Source of the DNA: Flavobacteriaceae bacterium
GTDB taxonomy: Bacteria; Bacteroidota; Bacteroidia; Flavobacteriales; Flavobacteriaceae
Direction of reading: 5' to 3'
DNA length: 64,000 nucleotides
NCBI GenBank assembly: GCA_030835325.1
Contig: JAURPF010000160.1
Location: 45,024 to 109,023 of the forward strand
The translations under genes and the position numbers were made by a program. Positions 41,215-50,483 of this stretch are shown here, piece after piece; position 1 is the stretch's first letter; each line of letters begins with the position of its first letter. Under the pieces are notes generated by a model. That model was not told the DNA's origin and ran no database searches. It saw only the letters and a list, made by a program, of their open reading frames with translations.

Positions 41215-42059
41215 TGGACTATTAATACATCGGTTGGTAACTCGGTTAAAATATGTTCAATATCGTGAGGAAATAAGCGATCCCAAAACGTCATTTTCGA
41301 GGGAGCATTCATCACTAATAGATCTGCTCGCGCCACTTGTGCATAGTGCCCTATTGAGTAACCTCGTTTCCCAAAAATAAGCTGGGACTTTATGGTTATA
41401 TCTTTTGTATAATCTGCCGGGATTGAATCCAAAACTTTTTTGACCCGTGCTTCTTCTCTTAAACGCAACCGTTCTTTGATAATGGTTGACTTTCTGAGGG
41501 TTTTATCGTCATCTACCTTAACACTCACCTCTTCTTGATCAATTTCTTCAACCACAGTAATTTTACCAACCCCTAATTTGTGGCCAACCAAAAAGGCCGC
41601 GTTCACAGTTTCTTTTGTTTTTGGATCTTTTAGGCCGTTGACAACAATGTGTTTACATGGGACACGGTTTATGGATGGGTTGATTAAAAGTAAGACGGAA
41701 CAATTCGCTTTTCGTGTGATCTTTCGTGCAATAGAACCCAGATAGTATTTTAGAAAGTTTTCTTTTTTGAGGGCTCCAATAATAAGCAGATCTACTTTTT
41801 TTTCTTTTGTAGAAGTTAGAATCACATCCACAGGATCTCCAGACTTGTAAAACAACTCATATTCTAAACCTTGGTTCTCAAACGGACTTAAAAACGTTCT
41901 AAAAGTATTAGACTTTTTTTCTGAAGACTCTCCAACATGTATAAGGACTAATTTACTTCCGAAACACAAGGCCAAGCGCGCCGCCTCATTAATATTAGCC
42001 TCTAGATTTGGAGAAAAAGTGACTCCAATTCCGATTGTTTTAAAGGTAATTGCGCTCAA
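41211..42059 (-). CDS. Universal stress protein (tandem USP)
   Basis: L.LIHV, GDP...I, DLLIIGA, GSIARKI.R.A.CSVLL; second unit ends ELPTDVLIV. TTG start. Confidence 0.85.
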   Translation of the reverse strand: MSAITFKTIGIGVTFSPNLEANINEAARLALCFGSKLVLIHVGESSEKKSNTFRTFLSPFENQGLEYELFYKSGDPVDVILTSTKEKKVDLLIIGALKKENFLKYYLGSIARKITRKANCSVLLLINPSINRVPCKHIVVNGLKDPKTKETVNAAFLVGHKLGVGKITVVEEIDQEEVSVKVDDDKTLRKSTIIKERLRLREEARVKKVLDSIPADYTKDITIKSQLIFGKRGYSIGHYAQVARADLLVMNAPSKMTFWDRLFPHDIEHILTELPTDVLIVQ

Positions 42060-42129
42060 TCAATTTTATATTTAAAGATTATTCTGAAATATAAGACTTT
42101 CTTTAAAAATATAAAAACCAAAAATTAGA

Positions 42130-43926
42130 TTAATCATTAAGCTTCAGAACCGCCATAAATGCTTCTTGTGGGATTTCTACACTACCTACTTGACGCATTC
42201 GTTTTTTCCCTTTTTTCTGATTTTCCAAAAGCTTTCGTTTTCTAGAGATGTCTCCACCATAACATTTTGCGGTAACATCCTTACGAACTGCTTTAACGGT
42301 TTCTCTTGAAATGATTTTTGCACCAATTGCAGCCTGAATAGGAATATCAAACTGTTGTCTTGGAATGAGCTCTTTTAGTTTGGCACACATTTTTCTGCCA
42401 ATAGCGACTGAGTTGTCGATGTGGATTAAGGCCGAAAGCGCATCTACAGTTTGACCATTTAGCAATACATCAACCCGAACCAACTTTGATACACGCATTC
42501 CTATCGGGGAGTAATCAAAGGACGCATAGCCTTTAGACACGGTTTTTAATCGGTCATAAAAATCAAATACAATTTCCGCTAAGGGCATGTCAAAAGTCAA
42601 TTCAACTCGCTCTGGAGTTAAGTAATTCTGGCTTGTAATTTGCCCACGTTTTTCAATACATAACGACATCACATTTCCTACAAAATCAGACTTTGTAATG
42701 ATAGAGGCTTTAATGTAAGGCTCTTCAATCCGATCTAAACCTGAAGGGTCAGGCAAGTCAGAGGGGTTGTTCAGTATGACAATGGTATCTGGATTTTTAC
42801 GTGTAAAGGCGTGATAGGATACATTGGGAACCGTTGTAATCACGGTCATATTAAACTCACGTTCTAATCGTTCTTGAATAATTTCTAGATGCAACATTCC
42901 TAAAAATCCACATCGAAATCCAAAGCCTAAGGCCGCTGAGCTTTCAGCCTGAAACACTAAAGAGGCATCGTTCAGTTGTAGTTTTTCCATGGAGGCACGC
43001 AACTCTTCGTATTCCTCGGTATCTACGGGATACAATCCTGCAAAAACCATTGGCTTGACGTCTTCAAACCCTTCAACGGCTTTGGTTGTTGGGAACTTTG
43101 CATCCGTAATGGTATCTCCAACCTTTACTTCGCGCGCATCTTTTATGCCTGTAATTAGGTATCCAACATCGCCAGTTTTAATTTCTTGTTTTGGTGTTTG
43201 GGTAAGGTTGAGTGTCCCTACTTCATCCGCACCATAGGTTTTTCCTGTGGCAATAAACTTAACTTGTTGATTTTTTTTAATACTTCCATTCACAATTTTA
43301 AAATAGGTTTCAACCCCTCTAAAAGAGTTGTAAACAGAATCAAAAACGAGTGCCTGCAAAGGGGCGTCTGGATCCCCTTTTGGTGGCGGTATGGTTTCTA
43401 TAATGGCGGATAAAATGGCTTCAATTCCAATGCCTGTTTTAGCACTTGCGGGAATTACCTCTTCAGGCCTACATCCTAAAAGCTCTACAATATCATCGGT
43501 TACTTCTTCGGGGTTTGCACTTGGCAAATCTACTTTATTTAAAACAGGAATGATTTCTAAATCATTTTCCAGGGCGAGGTATAAATTTGAAATGGTTTGC
43601 GCTTGTATGCTTTGTGCGGCATCTACAATCAACAACGCTCCTTCACAGGCGGCAATGGATCGCGAGACTTCATAACTAAAATCGACATGACCAGGCGTGT
43701 CAATGAGATTTAAAACATAATCCTGTCCTTTGTAGGAGTATTCCATTTGAATGGCATGCGACTTGATTGTAATCCCACGCTCACGCTCCAAATCCATGGA
43801 GTCTAGCAATTGGTTTTGCTTTTCACGCTCAGTAACGGCACCTGTAAAGTCCAACAGTCGGTCTGCCAAGGTGCTTTTACCGTGGTCAATATGTGCGATG
43901 ATACAAAAATTTCTAATATGCTTCAT
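42130..43926 (-). CDS. lepA: Translation elongation factor 4
   Basis: [38 protein letters not shown] -7 box TACTTTTG lies on the minus strand at 43960-43967. Confidence 0.98.
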   Translation of the reverse strand: MKHIRNFCIIAHIDHGKSTLADRLLDFTGAVTEREKQNQLLDSMDLERERGITIKSHAIQMEYSYKGQDYVLNLIDTPGHVDFSYEVSRSIAACEGALLIVDAAQSIQAQTISNLYLALENDLEIIPVLNKVDLPSANPEEVTDDIVELLGCRPEEVIPASAKTGIGIEAILSAIIETIPPPKGDPDAPLQALVFDSVYNSFRGVETYFKIVNGSIKKNQQVKFIATGKTYGADEVGTLNLTQTPKQEIKTGDVGYLITGIKDAREVKVGDTITDAKFPTTKAVEGFEDVKPMVFAGLYPVDTEEYEELRASMEKLQLNDASLVFQAESSAALGFGFRCGFLGMLHLEIIQERLEREFNMTVITTVPNVSYHAFTRKNPDTIVILNNPSDLPDPSGLDRIEEPYIKASIITKSDFVGNVMSLCIEKRGQITSQNYLTPERVELTFDMPLAEIVFDFYDRLKTVSKGYASFDYSPIGMRVSKLVRVDVLLNGQTVDALSALIHIDNSVAIGRKMCAKLKELIPRQQFDIPIQAAIGAKIISRETVKAVRKDVTAKCYGGDISRKRKLLENQKKGKKRMRQVGSVEIPQEAFMAVLKLND

Positions 43927-43997
43927 TTACTGTAGTTCAAGATGCGTTGTATGCGAAAGCAAAAGTAATCAAATTTCTCACACAAGGATTAGATTAA

Positions 43998-45515
43998 TTA
44001 ATGATGATCCATGAGGGTCTGAATTCGTTTAATTGCTTCTGATTTTCCAATTAAATGGATGATATCAAAAACATCAACCCCTTCTAGTGCACCAACAAGT
44101 GCCACTCTTAGCGGCATCATTATTTTTCCAAAGCCGATTTCGTTTTCGGTAATCCACCCCTTTACAGTAGTTTGAATCCCCTCAACACTGCTGTCGTCTG
44201 CGGTTTCAAGCACGCCAATTAGTTGGGACATTAGGTCTTTAGAATGTTCTTTCCATGCTTTCTTAAGAGCGGCCTCTTCAAAAGTTTCAGGGGCTTTAAA
44301 AAAGTAATGGCTTAATCCCCAAAACTCAGAAGTAAAGGTAGCACGTTCTTTGATGAGGTCAACAACCAACACCACATAATCAGGGTCTATAGCCTTGAGT
44401 TCTGGTGTTGTGTCTATAAATATTTTGGACAATGTTTCGGCACTCTGTTTTTGCATGTACTGATGGTTGAACCATTTTGTTTTGTCGGGGTCAAAACGAG
44501 CACCAGCTTTATTGACATTTTTTATATCAAACGCCTCTACAAGCTCACTTAATGAAAAAAGCTCTTGTTCTGTGCCAGGATTCCACCCTAAGAATGCCAA
44601 GAAATTAACAACGGCTTCCGGAAAGTAGCCACTTTCTTTATATCCTTTGGAGATCCTATTTGTTGAGGGGTCTTCCCAGTTTAATGGAAATACAGGAAAT
44701 CCTAATTTATCGCCATCGCGTTTGCTGAGCTTTCCTTTTCCTGTTGGTTTTAAAATCAAGGGTAAGTGTGCAAATTCAGGTGCTTCCCATCCAAACGCAT
44801 TGTAAAGCAATTGGTGCAACGCCAAAGAAGGCAGCCATTCTTCACCACGAATAACGTGTGTGATGTTCATTAAAGAATCGTCCACCACATTGGCAAGGTG
44901 GTAGGTGGGCATGCCGTCCGATTTGAATAGCACCTTGTCATCTAGTGTATTGGTATCAATTGTGATTGTTCCTCTAATTAAGTCGGTAAGCTCAAGCGTT
45001 TCATCTTGAGGTGCCAAAAACCGCACCACATAGTCCTGGCCACTTTCAATTTTTTTAGCCACTTCTTCTTTAGACAAGACTAATGAATTCACAAGCCTTC
45101 CACGTGTTCTGTTGTGCCAATTGTAGATAAAGGTTTTGCCTTTAGCCTCATGATTTTTACGCTCCAAGTCTAGGGCATCCGCCGTATCAAAAGCATAATA
45201 GGCTTTGTTGTTTTCAATCAGAAAATCGACATACTGCTTGTACAAATGCTTGCGCTCACTTTGTCTGTACGGCCCAAAATTACCTTCTTTTCCCGGGCCT
45301 TCATCAAAAGGAATGTTGCACCAGTTGAGTGCTTTTGTGATATAATCTTCTGCACCATTCACAAAGCGTTTTTGATCGGTATCTTCGATACGAAGCACAA
45401 ATGTACCGCCTTGTTTTTTGGCAAATAGATAATTAAATAGAGCAGTTCGCACGCCTCCAATATGGAGAGGCCCCGTGGGGCTAGGTGCAAATCGTACGCG
45501 AATGGATTTGTTCAT
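43998..45515 (-). CDS. gltX: Glutamate--tRNA ligase
   Basis: RFAPSPTGPLHIGG, THVIRGEEW, KLSKRD. Confidence 0.98.
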   Translation of the reverse strand: MNKSIRVRFAPSPTGPLHIGGVRTALFNYLFAKKQGGTFVLRIEDTDQKRFVNGAEDYITKALNWCNIPFDEGPGKEGNFGPYRQSERKHLYKQYVDFLIENNKAYYAFDTADALDLERKNHEAKGKTFIYNWHNRTRGRLVNSLVLSKEEVAKKIESGQDYVVRFLAPQDETLELTDLIRGTITIDTNTLDDKVLFKSDGMPTYHLANVVDDSLMNITHVIRGEEWLPSLALHQLLYNAFGWEAPEFAHLPLILKPTGKGKLSKRDGDKLGFPVFPLNWEDPSTNRISKGYKESGYFPEAVVNFLAFLGWNPGTEQELFSLSELVEAFDIKNVNKAGARFDPDKTKWFNHQYMQKQSAETLSKIFIDTTPELKAIDPDYVVLVVDLIKERATFTSEFWGLSHYFFKAPETFEEAALKKAWKEHSKDLMSQLIGVLETADDSSVEGIQTTVKGWITENEIGFGKIMMPLRVALVGALEGVDVFDIIHLIGKSEAIKRIQTLMDHH

Positions 45516-45533
45516 GCTTTTGTATTAATACTA

Positions 45534-45541
45534 CAAAGATA
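45534..45541 (-). promoter_or_regulatory. Bacteroidota sigma-70 -7 box (TATCTTTG) for gltX
   Basis: Matches TAnnTTTG just upstream of the ATG. Equivalent boxes precede gpsA (17787), tdk (18752), glnS (26199), rnr (30448), ompH (53911), holB (55587), pgk (55730), tatA (59769), the M23 gene (59851) and the 62268 gene (62252). Confidence 0.75.
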
Positions 45542-45667
45542 GAACTGCTGAACGCATTCCCCAAAGAAACAGGCTGCGTTTTTAGGAAAGCATCACTCAT
45601 AGATGGGAGACTTTGCGCAGCAGAGAGATTGAGGTTTGGATAGCGAGGCTTTTCTTTTTTGGATTGT

Positions 45668-45801
45668 GGCTAACGTGTTTGTGTATGATTTCGTTGCGTG
45701 TTTAAGCACTAAATTTAGCAAATAAATCACAGATAGAAAGTCCGCGAGGACTTTCGTAAGTAGGCTCTAACTAGCAATGAATTATACACGTTGTTAGCAG
45801 C
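45668..45801 (-). repeat. attC-like foldable recombination site downstream of the cassette ORF
   Basis: On the minus strand it starts GCTGCTAAC just after the stop and ends GTTAGCC. The arms are complementary (GTGTATGATTTCGTTGC / GCAATGAATTATACAC) and there is an internal hairpin GAAAGTCC-GCGA-GGACTTTC. Confidence 0.7.
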
Positions 45802-46746
45802 TGTCTTTTTTAGAGATTTTTAAATTTTCGCTCTTTATGAAAAGAAGTGTACTCATTTGATTTTTTAAGATATTCTTCAATGTGTTCAAAATTTACTATA
45901 TCTACCCAAAGGCTATTTTCAAAAAACCGTTGAATATTAAATCTAAAATATTTGAGTTCTTTTAAGTCATTGTTTTTAGTGAATTCCCATAGTTTTGATT
46001 CAACAACAATTACTGGATGTATGAAATAGATGTGATTACTTCTGTCTATTAATGACTCTATTATCTTTTCAACAGTTTTTAACTTGGATATGTCTTGATT
46101 TGTATGTTCAAGGATTATGTATTCTATATTTTCAAGTAATAATTCTTCATGAGCCAAAATGGCACTTTGTAAACTCAGTACACATTTCCAGATTACTGAA
46201 TTATCTATATCTTTCGTTGTATTTACATTTGTTTCTCGATAAGCATTGTAAACTGGAATTTTGAAAGGATTGAGTTTGTAATCTAACCATCTGTAGCCAG
46301 AATCAAGGACGCAATAATTTTCAAGTTTTTCTTTTATGTATATTATTTCTTCAGTATTGAAATTATACTTAAAGAGCAGTTCATCAAGCTTATTTAATTT
46401 ATTGTATGTGTAATTACCTGTCCAAATAAAATCAAAAAAACCATTATTAGGTGAAGGGTTGTTTGCGACGATGTGGTAATTTTTAAGACTTTTACATTCT
46501 ACTAATATGTCCACATCACAACTATAAGGCTCTTTTTGAAAATATTTTCTTCCTTTGACATCTAATTCTCTCATTTTTCCAGATTTGGAATCTCTAAAAA
46601 AAGGTGATTGTTCAGTATACCAGCCTAAATCTTTAAGCTCATTGTACACTTTTGATTCAATCATTAAGGATTTTAATGAACTTGAATTAAGTAACTTATT
46701 TTTTATGTCATTATGATTTTGCATTCGGTTTACTGATTGCTGCTAA
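45674..46746 (-). mobile_element. Integron-like gene cassette (single ORF plus attC-like site); no integrase in window
   Basis: Bounded by direct repeats GATTGTGGCTAAC (45662-45674) and GATTGCTGCTAAC (46735-46747). The 5' core is complementary over 9 bp to the 3' inverse core, and the ATG lies about 22 nt from the core. Confidence 0.65.
45810..46724 (-). CDS. PD-(D/E)XK restriction-endonuclease-like protein (cassette cargo)
   Basis: E.KV...L...GW...F.D...GK.RELDV...ILVECKS motif spacing; visibly more AT-rich than its neighbours. Confidence 0.7.
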   Translation of the reverse strand: MQNHNDIKNKLLNSSSLKSLMIESKVYNELKDLGWYTEQSPFFRDSKSGKMRELDVKGRKYFQKEPYSCDVDILVECKSLKNYHIVANNPSPNNGFFDFIWTGNYTYNKLNKLDELLFKYNFNTEEIIYIKEKLENYCVLDSGYRWLDYKLNPFKIPVYNAYRETNVNTTKDIDNSVIWKCVLSLQSAILAHEELLLENIEYIILEHTNQDISKLKTVEKIIESLIDRSNHIYFIHPVIVVESKLWEFTKNNDLKELKYFRFNIQRFFENSLWVDIVNFEHIEEYLKKSNEYTSFHKERKFKNL

Positions 46747-46752
46747 CTATTG

Positions 46753-46776
46753 TATATCGGAACTGGTTCCGATATA
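46753..46776. repeat. Perfect palindrome abutting the cassette core (attI-like site); 12-bp partial second copy at 46939-46950
   Basis: TATATCGGAAC-TG-GTTCCGATATA; GTATATCGGAAC recurs 187 bp away. Confidence 0.7.
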
Positions 46777-47126
46777 TCCAATATGTTTGATTGTTAAGGT
46801 TGTTGTTGTAAAAGATTGATTTTCATATATTTAATTCTTAATAATTGATCTCGTAGAACAACATTCTCTATCGTAAATTAGGCACATTTTCCATAGGTGT
46901 ATTTATAGAGCTATGTCCTAATAAGACCTCAACGAGTCGTATATCGGAACCTTTCCAATGCGTCATTCAATAAACTAAAATCTAAAACTTCGGTTAAACT
47001 CTTTTGAAGAATTAGATTTGGGGTCAAAATCAGTTATAAACTTATAATTTTTTTTTGAGACACCCAAAAAAGAGTCCCATCATATAGATTATTATTGTAA
47101 TTTTAGTTTCTTAAATCAAACCTCAG

Positions 47127-50100
47127 TTGAGCGGCTTTCATATTATAGAACAAAAATTAGAACAATTCATCAAGCGCTACTACCTAAGTGCTTTGTTGAA
47201 AGGCATGGTATTGTTTTTTTCAATCGGGCTGCTTTATGCATTGCTACTATTGGCAATTGAACATTTCTTTTGGCTGGGCACTTCGGGTCGCTTGTTGTTG
47301 TTTTGGGGTGTTTTTGGTTTTGAAGCCATTCTTTTTTATGGGCTTATTTTTACTCCACTAGCCAAATATTTTAAGATTCAAAACCGCATTGATTTCGAAA
47401 CCGCCTCTAAAATTGTGGGCGCTCACTTTCCAGAAGTCAAAGACAAACTTTTAAACCTCCTTCAACTCAACCAGCAGTCAGAACACAGCGAATTTCTTAT
47501 AGCGAGTATTGAGCAAAAATCGAAAAACTTAAGCTTCATCTCTTTTAAAAGTGCTGTCAACTTTTCTGAGAACATTAAATATTTACGCTTTGCCGCAATT
47601 CCGATTGTGATTCTTTCTCTTTGTAATGCATTTGAAAAACAAGCGATTTTTACCGACAGCCTAAAACGGGTTGTCAATTACAATACAGCCTACACCCCCC
47701 CAGCACCCTTTGAGTTTTTTGTAATAAACCCCAGTTTAGAAGCGATTGAAAACACCCCCTTCACCTTAGTCGCCAAAACGATTGGATCGGTTGTTCCAGA
47801 ATCCGTTCAGATTGAATATGACAATGAAACATACATATTAAAACAAACCGAGCTAGGCGTTTTTGAATATGAGTTTTCACAACCCAAAGCCTCTATAGAT
47901 TTTAAATTAGTTGCTGAGGAGGTGGTTTCCAAACCCTATCGCCTAAATGTTTTACCCACTCCCGTTTTGTTGAGTTTTGATATGTATTTAGACTACCCAT
48001 CTTATACGGGTAAATCCGATGAAAAAATTGCGAATAATGGTAATGCGATGATTCCTGAAGGCACCAAGCTAAAATGGGAACTACGCACCAAATCCACCGA
48101 TTCAGTTGCATTTACCTACAAAGAAGAGCGCTCATTTTTTGAGAAGACCGATCAAAAATTTTATTTTTCCAAACAGGTTTTTGAATCGCTCAACTACACG
48201 ATTCAAACAAGCAACACCAAGCTAAAAAATTACGAGAACCTCGCCTTTTCATTACAAACAATTAAAGACCAGTTGCCCGCTATAAAAGTCGAAATGAAAC
48301 AAGATTCAACGTATCAGTCCTCGCTTTATTTTTATGGTCAAATTTCAGACGACTATGGTATTCACAATTTAAAATTGTTTTATTACCCCTTGGTAGATAC
48401 ATCTCAAATAAAAGAGATAATTTTACCGTCCAATACATCTCCCTTTCAAGAGTTTACTCACGCCTTCCCATCAAACTTAGAGCTCCTTGAAGACACTGCT
48501 TACGCCCTCTATTTTGAGGTTTCTGACAACGATCCATTTCACAAGAACAAAACGACTAGAAGCCGCATTTTTAATTACAACTCCAAAAGCGAAAATACCA
48601 TTCGGGAACTTCAATTAGATCAACAAAACCAACTCAGCTCCGCTTTTCAAAAGGCCTTGAAAACCTTGTCTGAACAACAAAATAACTTAAATGAAATTTC
48701 TCAAACTCAAAAAGAAAAGGAGCAGCTTAATTTTAGTGATCAACAAAAATTAAAATCGTTCATTGAACGTCAACAGGCTCAAGACAAGCTATTGAAAGAC
48801 TTCAACAAAAAAATGAAGGAGAACCTCAATCAGTTTGAAAAATCAAAAGAGGAAGATCCTTTTAAAGAACAGCTCGAAAAACGATTGGAAGCTCAACAAG
48901 AAGCCCTTGAAAAGGATGAAAAACTATTAGAGGAATTAAAGAAAATTACTGACAAGATTAACAAAGATTCTTTAGTCGAAAAACTTGAGGAACTTGCCAA
49001 ACAAAATAAAAACAAACAACGCAGTTTAGAACAGTTGTTAGAGCTTACCAAGCGTTATTATGTGACACAAAAATCGAATCAACTTCAAAACAATTTGGAC
49101 GAACTCGCCAAAGAACAATTGCAGTTGGCGGATGAACCAGAAGATATAAACACACAAAAAAACCAAGACAAGATAACTGAAGATTTTAAGGAGTTCACCA
49201 AAGAATTAGACGATTTAAGAAAAGAAAATGAAGCACTCTCAAAACCTCTTGAATTGCCAGACGACCCTGATTTGGAAAAATCCATAGAAAATGATCAAGA
49301 GAACGCAAGTAGTGACTTAGGCGAAAAAGAAGAATCTTCAGATCCACAAGATCGAAAAGAGAAACTCTCAAAGGCTCAAAAAAATCAAAAGAAGGCTGGT
49401 CAAAAAATGCAACAAATGAGCCAGCAAATGGCACAACAAATGAGCAGTAGTGGCGGCCAACAAATGAGTGAAGACATTGATGTGCTACGCCAAATTTTAG
49501 ACAACCTATTGCTTTTTTCATTTGATCAAGAAACCCTAATGAAACGTTTTAAGCATTCCACAACTAACCCTGCAGGGCACGCAAAACATCTTGTAAAACA
49601 AAGCAATTTGCGTGAACATTTTGAGCATGTTGAAGACAGTTTGTTTGCGTTATCGTTACGCCAACCGATGATCTCTGAGGCCATTAATAAAGAAATTACA
49701 GAAGTCTTTTTTAACATTGATAAAAGTATTGACCTCCTTTCAGAAAACAGTTTTCGAGAAGCTGTTGCCGCCCAACAATTTGCCATTACTGCCACCAATA
49801 AATTAGCGGATATGCTAAGCAACACCTTAGACAATATGGAGATGCAAATGCAAATGTCTTCTGGACAAGGCGATGGTGAACAGCAGTTGCCCGATATTAT
49901 CATGAGCCAAGAAGCCTTGAGCAAGCAAATGGAGAAACAACTCGAAAAAGGTAAAAATTCTAAGGGCAAACAAGAGGGTTCTAAACAGAAAGAAGGGCAA
50001 GAAACCAAAGGAGCTCGAGGGAAGGACCGACAACAAGGTAATTCGAGCCAACAAGACGAAGATTCTGAAGAGGACAACGGCGAATTGTTTGAGATTTTCA

Positions 50101-50483
50101 AAAAGCAACAGGAGTTACGGAATGCTTTACAAGATTTGATTGATAAAAAGGGCCTTGGAGACATGGGTCAAAAATTGTTGGATTCGATGGAAAATATTGA
50201 GCAAAACCTTATAAATCAAGGTCTTACAGAGAGTTCTTTGCAAAAAATGCAAGATCTTAAGCATCAACTCTTAAAGCTAGATAAGGCAGTTCAGCAGCAA
50301 GGAGAAGACACCAAGCGGATTTCCAATACGAGTAAAGCGGATCGTTTTCAAGCACCGACCCCAAGTGCGGAGACCATCAAACAATATTTTAATACCATTG
50401 AAATATTGAACCGACAAAGCTTACCTTTACGTCAAGAATTTAAGCAAAAAGTTCAAGAATATTTTAAAATAAATAATGATTAG
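47127..50483 (+). CDS. Large membrane-anchored coiled-coil protein (DUF4175-like)
   Basis: N-terminal TM segments, HFPEVKDKL.N.LQL, ISDDYG, and a long Q/E/K-rich coiled-coil C-terminal half; TTG start. Confidence 0.8.
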   Translation: MSGFHIIEQKLEQFIKRYYLSALLKGMVLFFSIGLLYALLLLAIEHFFWLGTSGRLLLFWGVFGFEAILFYGLIFTPLAKYFKIQNRIDFETASKIVGAHFPEVKDKLLNLLQLNQQSEHSEFLIASIEQKSKNLSFISFKSAVNFSENIKYLRFAAIPIVILSLCNAFEKQAIFTDSLKRVVNYNTAYTPPAPFEFFVINPSLEAIENTPFTLVAKTIGSVVPESVQIEYDNETYILKQTELGVFEYEFSQPKASIDFKLVAEEVVSKPYRLNVLPTPVLLSFDMYLDYPSYTGKSDEKIANNGNAMIPEGTKLKWELRTKSTDSVAFTYKEERSFFEKTDQKFYFSKQVFESLNYTIQTSNTKLKNYENLAFSLQTIKDQLPAIKVEMKQDSTYQSSLYFYGQISDDYGIHNLKLFYYPLVDTSQIKEIILPSNTSPFQEFTHAFPSNLELLEDTAYALYFEVSDNDPFHKNKTTRSRIFNYNSKSENTIRELQLDQQNQLSSAFQKALKTLSEQQNNLNEISQTQKEKEQLNFSDQQKLKSFIERQQAQDKLLKDFNKKMKENLNQFEKSKEEDPFKEQLEKRLEAQQEALEKDEKLLEELKKITDKINKDSLVEKLEELAKQNKNKQRSLEQLLELTKRYYVTQKSNQLQNNLDELAKEQLQLADEPEDINTQKNQDKITEDFKEFTKELDDLRKENEALSKPLELPDDPDLEKSIENDQENASSDLGEKEESSDPQDRKEKLSKAQKNQKKAGQKMQQMSQQMAQQMSSSGGQQMSEDIDVLRQILDNLLLFSFDQETLMKRFKHSTTNPAGHAKHLVKQSNLREHFEHVEDSLFALSLRQPMISEAINKEITEVFFNIDKSIDLLSENSFREAVAAQQFAITATNKLADMLSNTLDNMEMQMQMSSGQGDGEQQLPDIIMSQEALSKQMEKQLEKGKNSKGKQEGSKQKEGQETKGARGKDRQQGNSSQQDEDSEEDNGELFEIFKKQQELRNALQDLIDKKGLGDMGQKLLDSMENIEQNLINQGLTESSLQKMQDLKHQLLKLDKAVQQQGEDTKRISNTSKADRFQAPTPSAETIKQYFNTIEILNRQSLPLRQEFKQKVQEYFKINND

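Noticed and set aside
46777-47126. Possible integrase remnant upstream of the cassette
   Set aside because: No ORF and no tyrosine-recombinase motif (HxLRH, TTxxYTH) was recognisable by eye.
49085-50164. Long antisense ORFs (up to 212 aa) within the DUF4175-like gene
   Set aside because: An expected by-product of Q/E/K-rich coding on the opposite strand, with no recognisable motifs.
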